From: an uncultured Eubacterium sp. | Lineage (GTDB): Bacteria; Bacillota; Clostridia; Lachnospirales; Lachnospiraceae | Direction of reading: 5' to 3' | NCBI GenBank assembly: GCA_958446835.1 | Contig: CAUCXT010000004.1 | Coordinates: forward strand, 11,770 to 75,769 | DNA: 64,000 bases | Part shown: positions 1-10,653 of the stretch, one piece after another | Layout: each line of letters opens with the position of its first letter | Numbering within the stretch: the stretch's first letter is position 1 | The notes under the pieces: generated by a model | Told to the model about the DNA's origin: nothing | The model's input: the letters and a program-made list of their open reading frames with translations, nothing else | Databases searched by the model: none | Made by a program: the position numbers and the translations under genes

Positions 1-1854
1 GCTGTAATGTGACGGGTCATAGGTCTGTATAATAACATTCCCTCGCTTATTGCCGCGTCCTGCCCTTCCCGCTGCCTGTGTAAGAAGCTCAAAAGTTCTC
101 TCCTGCGCTCTGAAATCCGATGAATACAGTGACAAATCGGCAAGAAGTATTCCCATAAGTGTTACATTCGGAAAATCATGTCCCTTTACAATCATCTGTG
201 TTCCGACTAATATATCGGCATTGCCACCGGCGAATTCCTCAAGAATCTTTTCATGCCCTTCCTTTCCCTTGGTTGTATCAAGATCCATTCGCAGAACTCT
301 TGCCTCAGGAAAAGCCTCCTTGACAGCCTGTTCTATTTTCTCTGTTCCCACCTTGAAACCACCGATATATTTCGAACCGCACTTTGGACATATCTTCTTA
401 TCAGGCTCGGTATATCCACAATAATGGCATACAAGTCTCCCATTATTATGTGCTGTCAACGCAATGTCACAGTGAGGACATTTTATCACATGTCCGCACT
501 CTCTGCAATTAATAAATCCAACATATCCTCGTCTGTTTAAAAAGAGCATAACCTGCTCCTTATTATTCAGACGCTCCTCAATCATTTTTTTCAGCTTTCT
601 GCTAAAGATTGATTTATTGCCACTCCTTAACTCTTCCCTTAAGTCAACTGTCTCAACCTCCGGGAGGGTGCTTTCGCCCGCCCTGTTATTCATGACAAAG
701 AGCTTATACTCTCCGCTTCTTGCCTTATAATACGCGTCCACCGACGGTGTGGCAGAACCAAGTATGACTGAAGCATTACACATGGCAGCAAGTTCGATTG
801 CCGTCTCCCTTGCATGGTACTTAGGCACACTGTCACTCTTATATGCACCTTCATGCTCCTCATCTATAACTATAAGTCCAAGCCTGTCAAACGGAGTAAA
901 AAGAGCTGAGCGCGGGCCAATCATAATCTTTATCTCTCCCCTTTTTGCACGGAGATACTGGTCATAACGCTCACCCTTTGACATCCTTGAATTGAGAATT
1001 GAAACCACATTCCCGAATCTTTTATAGAAGCGCATTACAGTCTGATAGGTAAGCGCGATCTCCGGTATGAGCATAATAACCTGCTTATCCATGGACAGCA
1101 CATGCTCAATTATCTCAAGATAGACCTCCGTCTTACCGCTTCCTGTGACTCCCTTTATAAGATACGTGCCATGTATGCCCTTATCATAATCCTCTATTAT
1201 CGAGTCAGCCACATAGCTCTGTTCCAGGTTGAGCACACATTTAGCAGCCGGTGCATACTCCTTATGGATTGGATTGCGGTAAACCATATTGTCACTTCTT
1301 ATTATAACTCCCTGCTTTACAAGTGCAGTGATTGTCGAACCTGCAATATTAAGCTTCGACCTTATGATTCCTTCATCTAAGTCCCCATCCTCAGCTAACG
1401 CCGTTACAAGCCTTCTCTTTGCGGTATAATGCTTTTTCTCACACTCCGCGAGCATACATTCAAGCTTATCCCTGTCATGCACATACTCAGGTGACAGCGC
1501 GATAATGCTCTCTTTCTTCTCCTTGACCGTCTCCTTAACCGGAAGCACGGTCTTGAGCGCCTGATTGATTGTAGAGCCATAATTATGCTTCATCCAGTAG
1601 GCAAGCTTTATCATGCGTCCGTCAATCGTAACCGCATTCTTCACCAGTGATTCAATCTTTTTCATTCTGTTCGTGTCAAATTCAGCCTCATCGGTTATAT
1701 TTACAACATAACCGGTTATCTTCCTGTTTCCAAACGGCACATTCACCTGTGAACCAATCTCCACGCTCCCTAAAAGCTCATCCGGCAGAATATACTGAAA
1801 TGTCTTATCAAGTTTATCAATAGATATATCAACTATGATATCTGCGAACCACAT
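1..1854 (-). CDS. priA: Primosomal protein N' (PriA helicase). Partial: the C-terminal ~50+ aa lie beyond the window start.
   Basis: ATG at 1854 preceded by GAGGAA 5 nt upstream. N-terminus MWFADIIVDISIDKLDKTFQYILP. DEAD/helicase core (GVTGSGKTEVYL). Cys-rich zinc-binding region (CRECGHVIKCPHCD...CHYCGY, CPKCGS). C-terminal GRAGRGNKRGNVIIQTYDPSHYS runs off position 1 in frame. Not in the ORF track because no stop lies in the window. Confidence 0.85.
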   Translation of the reverse strand, partial: MWFADIIVDISIDKLDKTFQYILPDELLGSVEIGSQVNVPFGNRKITGYVVNITDEAEFDTNRMKKIESLVKNAVTIDGRMIKLAYWMKHNYGSTINQALKTVLPVKETVKEKKESIIALSPEYVHDRDKLECMLAECEKKHYTAKRRLVTALAEDGDLDEGIIRSKLNIAGSTITALVKQGVIIRSDNMVYRNPIHKEYAPAAKCVLNLEQSYVADSIIEDYDKGIHGTYLIKGVTGSGKTEVYLEIIEHVLSMDKQVIMLIPEIALTYQTVMRFYKRFGNVVSILNSRMSKGERYDQYLRAKRGEIKIMIGPRSALFTPFDRLGLIVIDEEHEGAYKSDSVPKYHARETAIELAAMCNASVILGSATPSVDAYYKARSGEYKLFVMNNRAGESTLPEVETVDLREELRSGNKSIFSRKLKKMIEERLNNKEQVMLFLNRRGYVGFINCRECGHVIKCPHCDIALTAHNNGRLVCHYCGYTEPDKKICPKCGSKYIGGFKVGTEKIEQAVKEAFPEARVLRMDLDTTKGKEGHEKILEEFAGGNADILVGTQMIVKGHDFPNVTLMGILLADLSLYSSDFRAQERTFELLTQAAGRAGRGNKRGNVIIQTYDPSHYS

Positions 1855-3317
1855 TTTAATTCCTCAAGCACTTCTTTTATAAGCACTCTCTCATCCATAG
1901 GATACTTTACGCCCTTAATCTCCTGATAATCCTCATGTCCTTTTCCTGCAAGCACGATTATATCTCCTTCTCTGCCATTCTCTATGGCATAGCGGATTGC
2001 CTCCTTGCGGTCGGGAATTTCTATAAACTCTCCTCCGGTCTTTTCTATGCTGCTTCTTATATCGGCTATGATGTCAAGCGGCTCCTCATACCTTGGGTTA
2101 TCTGACGTTATGATTGTAAAATCGGCAAGCTTTCCCGAAACCTCACCCATCTCATAGCGTCGTAGCTTAGAACGATTTCCACCGCAGCCGAAAACGCTAA
2201 CAAGTCTCTTAGGATTATATTCCCTTAATGTCTCCAAAATACTCTTTAAGCTCATCGCATTATGCGCATAGTCAATCATCAGTATGAACTTATCGGAAAC
2301 CTTCACCGGCTCAACTCTTCCCTTTACCGCAACTGTGAGAAGTGCCTCCTTAAGCTTCTCCTCGTCAACATTAAGATGTCTTGTCACGGCAACAGCACAG
2401 AGTGAGTTATAAACGCTGAACTTACCCGGCAGTGAAAGCCTGATATGAAGATTCTCCCCATCTATATCGTACTCCGTGCTTATATGGCCCGGCTCATGTA
2501 CATACTGTATGTTCACTGCTCTAAGCTCAGCGCCCTCATTAAGTCCATAAGTCTCAACAGTACATGTATGACCTTCTAACACCTGCTCAGTATGTTCATC
2601 ATCGAAATTGACAATGCCGGTCTTACACTGTTTGAACAAAAGCCCCTTACAGTGCATATAGTCCTCAAAGCTTGCATGCTCGTTCGGTCCGATATGATCC
2701 GGCTCAAGATTGGTGAATACTCCGATGTCAAACATAATTCCCGCACATCTCTTCATCATAAGAGCCTGCGAAGATACTTCCATGACGACACACTTGCAAC
2801 CGTTATCGACCATCTCCCTGAAGTATCTCTGAACATCGTAGGATTCCGGCGTTGTATTAGCAGATTCAATATGTCTTGCTCCCGTTATTATCTCAATTGT
2901 TCCTATAAGACCAGTCTTATACCCACATTTTTCGAGTATCTCACGAACCATGAACGCCGTGGTGGTCTTTCCTTTAGTGCCTGTGATTCCTATAGTGAAA
3001 AGTTCCTTAGCCGGATGACCGAAATATGCCGCCGACACCATCGCAAGTGTATTTCTGCAATCCTCTGCTGCGACAAAGGTAGTATTCTTCCTGTTTTCGG
3101 TAATCTCCACCTTTTCCTCAGTTATAATCGCAGCCGCACCTTGCCTGATTGCCTCATCTATGAAAGTGTGACCGTCAAAAACAGTTCCTCTCACACATAC
3201 AAAAAGGCATCCCTTTACAATCTTTCTCGAATCACAGACCAGCTCTGTAATCTCAACATTCTCGTTTCCATTGTATAGCGTATAATCAAGCTCTGAAATC
3301 AATTCCTTTAATATCAT
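1833..3317 (-). CDS. murE: UDP-N-acetylmuramoyl-L-alanyl-D-glutamate--2,6-diaminopimelate (or L-lysine) ligase MurE
   Basis: ORF 1833..3341, start trimmed to ATG 3317 (MILKELISEL) with GGGAGG 6 nt upstream. Mur ligase P-loop GITGTKGKTTTA. MurE-specific DNPR motif (ITSDNPRYEEP). Overlaps priA start by about 20 nt. Confidence 0.9.
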   Translation of the reverse strand: MILKELISELDYTLYNGNENVEITELVCDSRKIVKGCLFVCVRGTVFDGHTFIDEAIRQGAAAIITEEKVEITENRKNTTFVAAEDCRNTLAMVSAAYFGHPAKELFTIGITGTKGKTTTAFMVREILEKCGYKTGLIGTIEIITGARHIESANTTPESYDVQRYFREMVDNGCKCVVMEVSSQALMMKRCAGIMFDIGVFTNLEPDHIGPNEHASFEDYMHCKGLLFKQCKTGIVNFDDEHTEQVLEGHTCTVETYGLNEGAELRAVNIQYVHEPGHISTEYDIDGENLHIRLSLPGKFSVYNSLCAVAVTRHLNVDEEKLKEALLTVAVKGRVEPVKVSDKFILMIDYAHNAMSLKSILETLREYNPKRLVSVFGCGGNRSKLRRYEMGEVSGKLADFTIITSDNPRYEEPLDIIADIRSSIEKTGGEFIEIPDRKEAIRYAIENGREGDIIVLAGKGHEDYQEIKGVKYPMDERVLIKEVLEELKCGSQIS

Positions 3318-3386
3318 GCAAAACCTCCCTGAATGTCGCAAATCGTGTATAGCTAAATTATATTTCCGTCAAATATCTATTATTTA

Positions 3387-4820
3387 TCAACCAAGCAGTG
3401 CGTCAACCACTTCGTTGAGCTTCATTCCTCTTGAACCCTTGAACAGCACCGCTGTCCCCGGTTTTACCTCTGCCTTAAGATACTCTGCGATATCACTCAG
3501 CGTATCAAAATGCTTTATCCTTCCTATATACTGTTCTGCGCCGTAGCCAATGTTCTTTGCCAGCTCTCCGTATAGAAGAAGCTCATCGACCCTGCTCCGT
3601 CCTGCATATTCACCGACCTGTCTATGATACTCCTTGGTATTCTCACCCAACTCCAACATATCTGCAAGAACAGCAATCCTATAGTCCGCCGGCATCTGGC
3701 ACAGTACATTTAACCCTGCCTTCATTGAATCGGGACTGGCATTATAGGAATCATCTATATAGGCAGCTCCGTCTTTTTTCGTTATATGCTGTCTCATGGC
3801 AACACCTGTATAGCCCTCAAGAGCTTTGACAGCCGCTCCTAAATCCACTCCGAAAAATTCTGCCACGGCAAGTGCCACAAGTGCATTATTTACATTGTGG
3901 CTTCCAAGTACGCTCAGCTTAACCGGCATTCTGACATCGCCGTGAACCATGTCAAAACCCACTCCGTTTTCATCGGAATATTCATTCTCCGCCTTATAAT
4001 CGCAGTCATCCGAATGACCGAATGTACATATTCTAAGCTTCCTGTTATCCTCTTTTCCAAACACACCGTCATAGTTATTCCTGCAAAGGTCTGCCCGCTC
4101 TTTTAGGAGCACATCATCCCCATTGAGAAAAATGCATCCGCCTAAAACAATAGCATCCGTTATATGCCACTTCTCGCGGAGTATATTCTCCTGTGAACCA
4201 AGCTGCTCAATATGGCTGACGCCGATATTTGTCATAACAGCGGCATTGAGGGAAAGCAGGGTGGCGAGACGCTTCATCTCGCCCTTCTCACTCATTCCCA
4301 TCTCAATAACTGCAGCCTCATCATCAGGTGCTATATTCATAATAGTAACAGGAACTCCTATCTGGCTGTTGGCATTCCCGGCGGTCTTAAATACCTTAAG
4401 CCCGCCGGACAGCGCACATGCTATCATCTCCTTGGTGGTTGTCTTTCCTACGCTTCCGGTTACTCCCACCTTATTAAGCGAAAGCCTGCTCTCATACTCT
4501 TTTGCGGTAAGCTGCATAGCCCTCACGGAATCCTCCACAAGCACTATCGGCTTAGGCTGTGCGCCTGCATTTCTCCACTTGTCAATCAGCCCTGCGACAG
4601 CCTCCTCATTCTGTGTCAAAGACGCCGACGCACCACAATCAAAAGCGCTCTCTATGTACTTATGTCCATCGACGCGCTCCCCGACAATTGGTGCGAACAT
4701 AAGTCCCGGCTCAGCCTTGCCCGAATTGGTCGCAAAATTATCTATCTGTACACTCTCATCTCCACAGAGCAATCTTCCACCTGCCGCCCTGACTATATCC
4801 CTGACACAAAAATCTTTCAT
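3387..4820 (-). CDS. murF: UDP-N-acetylmuramoyl-tripeptide--D-alanyl-D-alanine ligase MurF
   Basis: ORF begins with GTG at 4838. First ATG at 4820 (MKDFCVRDIVRAAGG) has a GAGGAA RBS. P-loop GVTGSVGKTTTKEM. FLNGDD motif. Mur ligase C-terminal domain. Length ~478 aa. Confidence 0.85.
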   Translation of the reverse strand: MKDFCVRDIVRAAGGRLLCGDESVQIDNFATNSGKAEPGLMFAPIVGERVDGHKYIESAFDCGASASLTQNEEAVAGLIDKWRNAGAQPKPIVLVEDSVRAMQLTAKEYESRLSLNKVGVTGSVGKTTTKEMIACALSGGLKVFKTAGNANSQIGVPVTIMNIAPDDEAAVIEMGMSEKGEMKRLATLLSLNAAVMTNIGVSHIEQLGSQENILREKWHITDAIVLGGCIFLNGDDVLLKERADLCRNNYDGVFGKEDNRKLRICTFGHSDDCDYKAENEYSDENGVGFDMVHGDVRMPVKLSVLGSHNVNNALVALAVAEFFGVDLGAAVKALEGYTGVAMRQHITKKDGAAYIDDSYNASPDSMKAGLNVLCQMPADYRIAVLADMLELGENTKEYHRQVGEYAGRSRVDELLLYGELAKNIGYGAEQYIGRIKHFDTLSDIAEYLKAEVKPGTAVLFKGSRGMKLNEVVDALLG

Positions 4821-4848
4821 CTTAACAAAATTCCTCACTTAACTATTT

Positions 4849-6516
4849 TTAGAACAATCCTACGATCTTATCATCTACGACATCTATATTCTCAGCCGCA
4901 GGAACCTTAGGAAGACCCGGCATTGTCATAACCGTTCCTGTGATTGCAACAACGAAGCCTGCACCTGCACTCACATATACCTCACGGATATTTACATTGA
5001 AGCCCTCAGGACGTCCGAGCGCATTAGGGTCATCGGAAAGTGAATACTGATTCTTCGCCATACATACAGGAAGATTTCCATAACCCATCTTTTCTATCTT
5101 CTTTAACATTCTTGAAGCCTCAGCTGAATAAGTTACTGAGCCTGCACCATATATCTTCGTTGCTATTGCCTCAATCTTATCCTTGAGTGGAGCGTCAAGC
5201 TCGTATGTGAACTTAAGCTCACTCTTCTTATTTTCAATAGTCTTTATAACCTTAGCTGCAAGCTCCTCGCCGCCCTTTCCTCCTTCTGCCCATACTCTGG
5301 CAAGAGCGAATTCACAGCCCATGTCCTCACAGTGCTTCTTAATAAACTCATACTCCTCCTCCGTATCGGTAAGGAAGGAGTTTAGAGTTACTACAACAGG
5401 CACACCGAAGGCATGAAGGTTCTCAATGTGCTTGTCAAGATTGACAATACCCTTCTTTACAGCTTCAAGGTTCGGTGCGGCAAGCTCATCCTTCTTCACA
5501 CCGCCGTTGTACTTAAGTGCCTTTACAGTCGCAAGAATGACCACCGCATCAGGTGCAATTCCTGCCTTACGGCACTTAATATCCATGAACTTCTCAGCTC
5601 CAAGGTCGGCACCGAAGCCTGCCTCTGTCACAACATAATCTGCCATCTTAAGAGCCGCCTTCGTCGCTCTTACACTGTTACAGCCATGTGCTATATTAGC
5701 GAACGGTCCACCATGTACGAGGGCAGGTGTTCCTTCAAGTGTCTGAATCATGTTAGGCTTGATTGCATCCTTTAAGAGTGCCGCCATAGCTCCTACCGCC
5801 TTGAGGTCTGCTGCTGTGACAGGCTCACCTGCATAATTATATGCTACAATTATCTTTCCAAGTCTGTCTTTTAAGTCATCCATATCATTTGCAAGACAGA
5901 GAATAGCCATTATCTCCGTTGCAACAGTGATAACAAAGTGATCCTCCCTCACAAAGCCATCCGCCTTGGCTCCAAGACCTACAACAACATTTCTTAAAAC
6001 TCTGTCATTCATATCAAGGCATCTCTTCCAGACAATCTGTCTTGTGTCAATCTGAAGAGCATTTCCCTGCTGGATATGATTATCGAGCATAGCTGCAAGA
6101 AGATTATTTGCTGAAGTGATTGCATGAAAATCACCTGTAAAGTGGAGATTAAGCTCCTCCATAGGTACAACCTGTGCATAGCCGCCGCCTGCTGCACCGC
6201 CCTTTACACCGAAGCAAGGTCCAAGTGACGGCTCTCTGAGCGCCACCATTGCCTTTTTTCCAGCCCTGTTAAGCGCATCAGCAAGTCCGATACTGATTGT
6301 TGTCTTTCCCTCACCTGCCGGAGTTGGGTTGATCGCTGTCACAAGAATAAGCTTACCATTCTCATTAATCTCAATGCTTTTAAGATATTCATCCGAAAGC
6401 TTGGTCTTGTACTTGCCATAAAGCTCAAGGTCATCCTCACCTATTCCAAACTTTGCTGCAATCTCCTTGATTGGACGCATATCAGCGCTCTGTGCGATTT
6501 CAATATCACTTTTCAT
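4849..6516 (-). CDS. fhs: Formate--tetrahydrofolate ligase
   Basis: ATG 6516 (MKSDIEIAQ) with AGGAGA RBS 7 nt upstream. FTHFS nucleotide loop [14 protein letters not shown]. ~556 aa, a typical Fhs length. Confidence 0.9.
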   Translation of the reverse strand: MKSDIEIAQSADMRPIKEIAAKFGIGEDDLELYGKYKTKLSDEYLKSIEINENGKLILVTAINPTPAGEGKTTISIGLADALNRAGKKAMVALREPSLGPCFGVKGGAAGGGYAQVVPMEELNLHFTGDFHAITSANNLLAAMLDNHIQQGNALQIDTRQIVWKRCLDMNDRVLRNVVVGLGAKADGFVREDHFVITVATEIMAILCLANDMDDLKDRLGKIIVAYNYAGEPVTAADLKAVGAMAALLKDAIKPNMIQTLEGTPALVHGGPFANIAHGCNSVRATKAALKMADYVVTEAGFGADLGAEKFMDIKCRKAGIAPDAVVILATVKALKYNGGVKKDELAAPNLEAVKKGIVNLDKHIENLHAFGVPVVVTLNSFLTDTEEEYEFIKKHCEDMGCEFALARVWAEGGKGGEELAAKVIKTIENKKSELKFTYELDAPLKDKIEAIATKIYGAGSVTYSAEASRMLKKIEKMGYGNLPVCMAKNQYSLSDDPNALGRPEGFNVNIREVYVSAGAGFVVAITGTVMTMPGLPKVPAAENIDVVDDKIVGLF

Positions 6517-6558
6517 GTGTATTCTCCTTCTCACTATGTAATGTGTTTTCATTTATTT

Positions 6559-9500
6559 TCAGAGCTTCTGTAGAAGCTCCTCAAATTCATCCATGGTCAT
6601 AAGAACCTTTCTCGGTTTGGTTCCCTCCTCAGGTCCCATAACCCCTGCCTCTTCAAGCTGATCCATAATTCTGGCAGCTCTGTTAAAGCCTATGCGGTAT
6701 ACTCTCTGAAGTATGCTGACCGAGCCTTTGCCCTTCTCAATCAGATATCGTCCCGCCTCAGCAAAGTAATCATCATAATCATTTCCGAATGCCTGACTTT
6801 CTGCAAAAGCCGGATTATTAATCTTCTGTGCGACATCATCATGGTAGCCTCCGGACTCACCGCAGTTAGCCTTCAAAAACTCGACCACGGCGCTTACTTC
6901 ATCATCCGAAACGAATGCTCCCTGTATTCTCGCCGGCTTAGGATAACCCGCCGGTGAAAAGAGCATATCGCCCTTTCCTAAAAGCTTCTCTGCTCCGACC
7001 ATATCAAGAATGGTTCTTGAGTCCACACCCGAAGAGACCGCAAATGCGATTCTTGAAGGAACATTCGCCTTTATAAGTCCCGTGATGACATCAACAGATG
7101 GTCTCTGGGTTGCAATGACAAGATGTATTCCGGCAGCTCTTGCAAGCTGTGCAAGACGCACAATAGCATCCTCGACCTCATTCTTGGCAATCATCATGAG
7201 GTCTGCAAGCTCATCAATTATAATTACGAGCTGTGGCAGCTTCGTTGGCTTATTCTCCGCCTCTATATCCTTTAACTGCTCAACCTTCGCGTTATAACCC
7301 TTAAGGTCGCGCACGCCTGCCTGTGCGAACTTCTTATATCGGTCATCCATCTCAGCAACTGCCCAGTTGAGTGCACCTGCCGCCTTCTTAGAATCCGTGA
7401 CAACAGGAATCATGAGATGCGGTATTCCATTATACACACTCAGCTCAACAACCTTCGGGTCAATCATTATGAGCTTGACTTCCGATGGTTTGGCTCTGTA
7501 GAGAATACTCATAATTATCGTATTTATACATACAGATTTACCTGAACCTGTCGCACCGGCAATAAGCACATGCGGCATCTTGGCAATATCCGCAACAACA
7601 ACCTGTCCCGCTATATCCTTACCAACTCCAAAAGCTATCGGTGACTTACTCTCCTCAAACGGCTTGCTCTCAATAAGCTCCCTCAGGGTAACTCCCGAAG
7701 TCTCCTTGTTAGGAACCTCTATCCCGACTGCCGCCTTGCCCGGTATAGGAGCCTCAATTCTTATATCCGCCGCTGCAAGGTTGAGTTTAATATCATCGGC
7801 AAGTGACACAATACGGCTTACCTTCACGCCCTGTTCAGGCTGTATCTCATATCTCGTTACAGCCGGTCCGCAGCTCACATCGGACACCGTAACCCTCACT
7901 CCGAAATTCGACAAGGTCTGTTGAAGCTTCATCGCTGTATCGCGAAGCTCCTTCTGTGATGTCGAGCTTGTCGATTTTCCTCTGTGAAGAAGCTCCACCG
8001 GTGGAAACTCATAAGGCTTTTCGACAATCTCCTCACTAAGCTGCTCAGAATGTCTTACCTCTTCATTTATCTCAGCATCGACCTGCTCCATGGTCTTTTC
8101 CGGTTCAGCGCTTCTTCCTGTGTGAGCGCTTGAAGAAGCAGCCTTAGAGGCAGCTACAGATGTTCCCGCGTTGTCATGCTTCACTACAGTTCCCGGCGTC
8201 TGCTTCTGTATACCTTCAAGCACCGCTCTTCCCGCGGCATCCGTCTTTTCCTGTCTCTGCCACTGCTCTAAGCCATCATCCTCAGGCAGCTCCTGAAGGT
8301 GCTCACCATAAGTATAGTCTGAATCAGCACTTTCATTCCCGTATGAAGTCTGCTCCTGCGAGTAATCGGCATAGTCATCCACAATATCATCGTCAGCGGG
8401 CTCTTTTCTATAAGCTTCATCATCATAAGCAGCTTCCGCGTAAGCTTCATCTGCATAAGCGCTGCTATCATCGCCATGAATATCATGGAACTCTGCCTGC
8501 TTATCGTATCCCCTTGCAAAAAGACTGTCATCCACTGCTTGCGCATCTTCCTCCTTATCTGCCGCCACAGACCTTATATCATTGCTCTTAACTGCCACAG
8601 ATTTTTCCTTTTTACTATGGGCGGACTTAGGAAGATTAAATACGCTGCCTGTACTCTCATCCGAATTTTCATCGGAATCTATCTCTATAATATTCTCGGA
8701 ATACCTGTCATTTTGAAATACTTCTGTGACATCCGAACCTGAAAGCCTTCCTGTCGCTGAGGTTCTCATATTCTCAGCCTCCGGCTGCTTCGGTCCTAAT
8801 ATATCCTTTCTCCTGTTCGTCCCCGGTATCTCAATTGACAGATCGACTCCGCTCACCTTCTGATCAAAACGTCTGCGCTGTCTTTGCTGCTCCTCCTTAA
8901 GTTCACGCTGTTCCTGCCTTATCGCTCTCTTCTTCTCAGACTCTTCCTTGTATTCGTTGATATCGTCCTTCGCAGTGGTGATAACCTTCCTGCTTCCGTT
9001 TGTAAGGCTTCTGATTATCGAACGCTCTGAGATAATCAGTATAGCTATGATGATGAAAACGATAATAATAATATATGCTCCTACCTTGCCGACAGCAGGT
9101 GTGAGGAATGAACAGACCGCACCGCCCACGATACCTCCGCCCTTCTTAAGCGGCACTTCGAAATTATAGTAGTCCGACAGTTTCTCTATCTTTATGTAAC
9201 CGCCGCCCACCATTTCGATGAATGCACACACGAACATTGCACCGATAAACGCCGTTATGAACTTGACCCTTGCGACTCCGCTGTTCTTGCCCTTTCTAAG
9301 CATTATAACGGTGCCCGCTACAAGCACTATAGGGAATATGTATGCAAATATTCCGAAGGTTCCAAACTGGATTGCAGCAAAAAATGTTCCCACCTTACCC
9401 GCTAATCCAAAGTTACTTATAAACAGGATAAGCGCAACTGCCAATGCAATAAATAAGGCTGCTTCCGTGAACGCAACACTGTTCACCTTTTTCTTTTTTC

Positions 9501-9645
9501 TCTTTCTTGATGATGAACGCGCTGTACTTGTCCTCGTTCCCTTCGATGCTGCCGGCTTTGCAGCCGTTGTCCTCTGCTGTGAGGCTGTTCTCCGAGACTG
9601 TGTTGTCCTCTTCTTTTCAGGTGATGTATTCCCGGTTGAAGCCAT
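6559..9645 (-). CDS. ftsK: DNA translocase FtsK/SpoIIIE
   Basis: 1028 aa. Basic Ser/Thr-rich N-tail. Four predicted TM helices. Long acidic Tyr-rich linker. Motor domain with Walker A IAGATGSGKSVCIN and Walker B LVIIIDELADL. C-terminal winged-helix gamma domain (GSVSILQRVYRIGFNRAARIMDQLEEAGV). Confidence 0.9.
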   Translation of the reverse strand: MASTGNTSPEKKRTTQSRRTASQQRTTAAKPAASKGTRTSTARSSSRKRKKKKVNSVAFTEAALFIALAVALILFISNFGLAGKVGTFFAAIQFGTFGIFAYIFPIVLVAGTVIMLRKGKNSGVARVKFITAFIGAMFVCAFIEMVGGGYIKIEKLSDYYNFEVPLKKGGGIVGGAVCSFLTPAVGKVGAYIIIIVFIIIAILIISERSIIRSLTNGSRKVITTAKDDINEYKEESEKKRAIRQEQRELKEEQQRQRRRFDQKVSGVDLSIEIPGTNRRKDILGPKQPEAENMRTSATGRLSGSDVTEVFQNDRYSENIIEIDSDENSDESTGSVFNLPKSAHSKKEKSVAVKSNDIRSVAADKEEDAQAVDDSLFARGYDKQAEFHDIHGDDSSAYADEAYAEAAYDDEAYRKEPADDDIVDDYADYSQEQTSYGNESADSDYTYGEHLQELPEDDGLEQWQRQEKTDAAGRAVLEGIQKQTPGTVVKHDNAGTSVAASKAASSSAHTGRSAEPEKTMEQVDAEINEEVRHSEQLSEEIVEKPYEFPPVELLHRGKSTSSTSQKELRDTAMKLQQTLSNFGVRVTVSDVSCGPAVTRYEIQPEQGVKVSRIVSLADDIKLNLAAADIRIEAPIPGKAAVGIEVPNKETSGVTLRELIESKPFEESKSPIAFGVGKDIAGQVVVADIAKMPHVLIAGATGSGKSVCINTIIMSILYRAKPSEVKLIMIDPKVVELSVYNGIPHLMIPVVTDSKKAAGALNWAVAEMDDRYKKFAQAGVRDLKGYNAKVEQLKDIEAENKPTKLPQLVIIIDELADLMMIAKNEVEDAIVRLAQLARAAGIHLVIATQRPSVDVITGLIKANVPSRIAFAVSSGVDSRTILDMVGAEKLLGKGDMLFSPAGYPKPARIQGAFVSDDEVSAVVEFLKANCGESGGYHDDVAQKINNPAFAESQAFGNDYDDYFAEAGRYLIEKGKGSVSILQRVYRIGFNRAARIMDQLEEAGVMGPEEGTKPRKVLMTMDEFEELLQKL

Positions 9646-9669
9646 TGTTGTTACCCCATTTCTCTAATT

Positions 9670-9711
9670 TAATATAATTGTCATATTCTTTAATATAAAT
9701 GTCATATTCTG
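9670..9711. repeat. Tandem 21-bp direct repeat (2 copies, 1 mismatch) in the ftsK upstream region
   Basis: TTAATATAATTGTCATATTCT / TTAATATAAATGTCATATTCT, 25-66 bp upstream of the ftsK start on the minus strand. Confidence 0.7.
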
Positions 9712-9794
9712 ATTACAAAAGCTGTTATTACAAGATTTTCATTGCTATATTTCTTATCACACAATTATCTGTTATACCCCAATAAGCATACCTG

Positions 9795-10589
9795 CTATGG
9801 CTGCATGACTATCATAGAGGCAAGCATAAAGCCGCCGAGCGCAAGGCAGTACACCGCCAGTATGCGAAAACGGCGTCTTTTAAGTATCTGATTAAGAATA
9901 ACAAGTCCTATATAACCTGTTATTACAGCAAAAACCGATGCCAATATGTACCAGCCCGTATTTCCCACATCAGCTGCTCCAAATCCTGCAATATCAATTA
10001 TATCCAGTATCACAGCACCTATAAGCGAAGGCACGGCGCACAGAAATGAGAATCTCCATGTAAGCTTCCTGTCAAATCCCAATAGCAGGCATGTGGTGAT
10101 TACCATACCGCATCTTGACAATCCCGGAAGTGCCGAAAGTCCCTGAACACCTCCTATCACTACCGCCTCAAAGAAACCTGCATCCGATATCTTGACTTCG
10201 CCCTTTTTCACTCCGTCCGTGACAAAAAGCATAACGCCTGTCAATATCATGAATATTCCGGGAAAAAAGACCGTCTTAGCCGCATATCCCGCAAAACTTC
10301 TGCACCCCAGTCCAACTATACCTGTCGAAACAGTCGCCGCAAGTATCATAAGTGCAAGCTTGACATATATTCCACTCTCAAGCCTTATCATTTTTGCCAC
10401 ATCTTTTCTGAAAGCAAATACTATCACAATTATTGTTGCGAGCTTCAGACACAGGTCAAAAATTATGCTGTCTCCCTCTCCGAATCCAAATACATTCTTT
10501 AACATCAACAAATGTCCTGAACTGCTCACGGGAAGAAATCCCGTGAGTCCATCAATCATCCCACTGATTATAATCCTTAGCGCTTCCAA
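9795..10589 (-). CDS. uppP: Undecaprenyl-diphosphatase UppP/BacA
   Basis: N-terminus ALRIIISGMIDGLTGFLPVSSSGHLLM matches the UppP signature (GxxEGLTEFLPVSSTGH). 8 TM helices. Start appears to be TTG at 10589 with a GGAGGG RBS 6 nt upstream. An ATG at the ISGMIDGL position would truncate the conserved N-terminus. Confidence 0.85.
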   Translation of the reverse strand: MEALRIIISGMIDGLTGFLPVSSSGHLLMLKNVFGFGEGDSIIFDLCLKLATIIVIVFAFRKDVAKMIRLESGIYVKLALMILAATVSTGIVGLGCRSFAGYAAKTVFFPGIFMILTGVMLFVTDGVKKGEVKISDAGFFEAVVIGGVQGLSALPGLSRCGMVITTCLLLGFDRKLTWRFSFLCAVPSLIGAVILDIIDIAGFGAADVGNTGWYILASVFAVITGYIGLVILNQILKRRRFRILAVYCLALGGFMLASMIVMQP

Positions 10590-10653
10590 TACAAGCCCTC
10601 CACATATTTACACAATTAATGTGATTATAGCATTTTTTTACAATGAGGTCAAA

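Noticed and set aside
2592-3278. 228-aa plus-strand ORF antisense to murE
   Set aside because: Low-complexity, Ser/Leu-rich translation with no motif, fully embedded opposite a strongly conserved Mur ligase frame. Typical shadow ORF.
4123-4910. Two overlapping plus-strand ORFs (239 and 232 aa) antisense to murF
   Set aside because: Shadow ORFs of the murF frame with biased composition, no RBS and no recognisable domains.
9670-9711. CRISPR-like array
   Set aside because: Only two directly abutting 21-bp copies with no spacers and no cas genes. This is a tandem duplication, not a CRISPR array.
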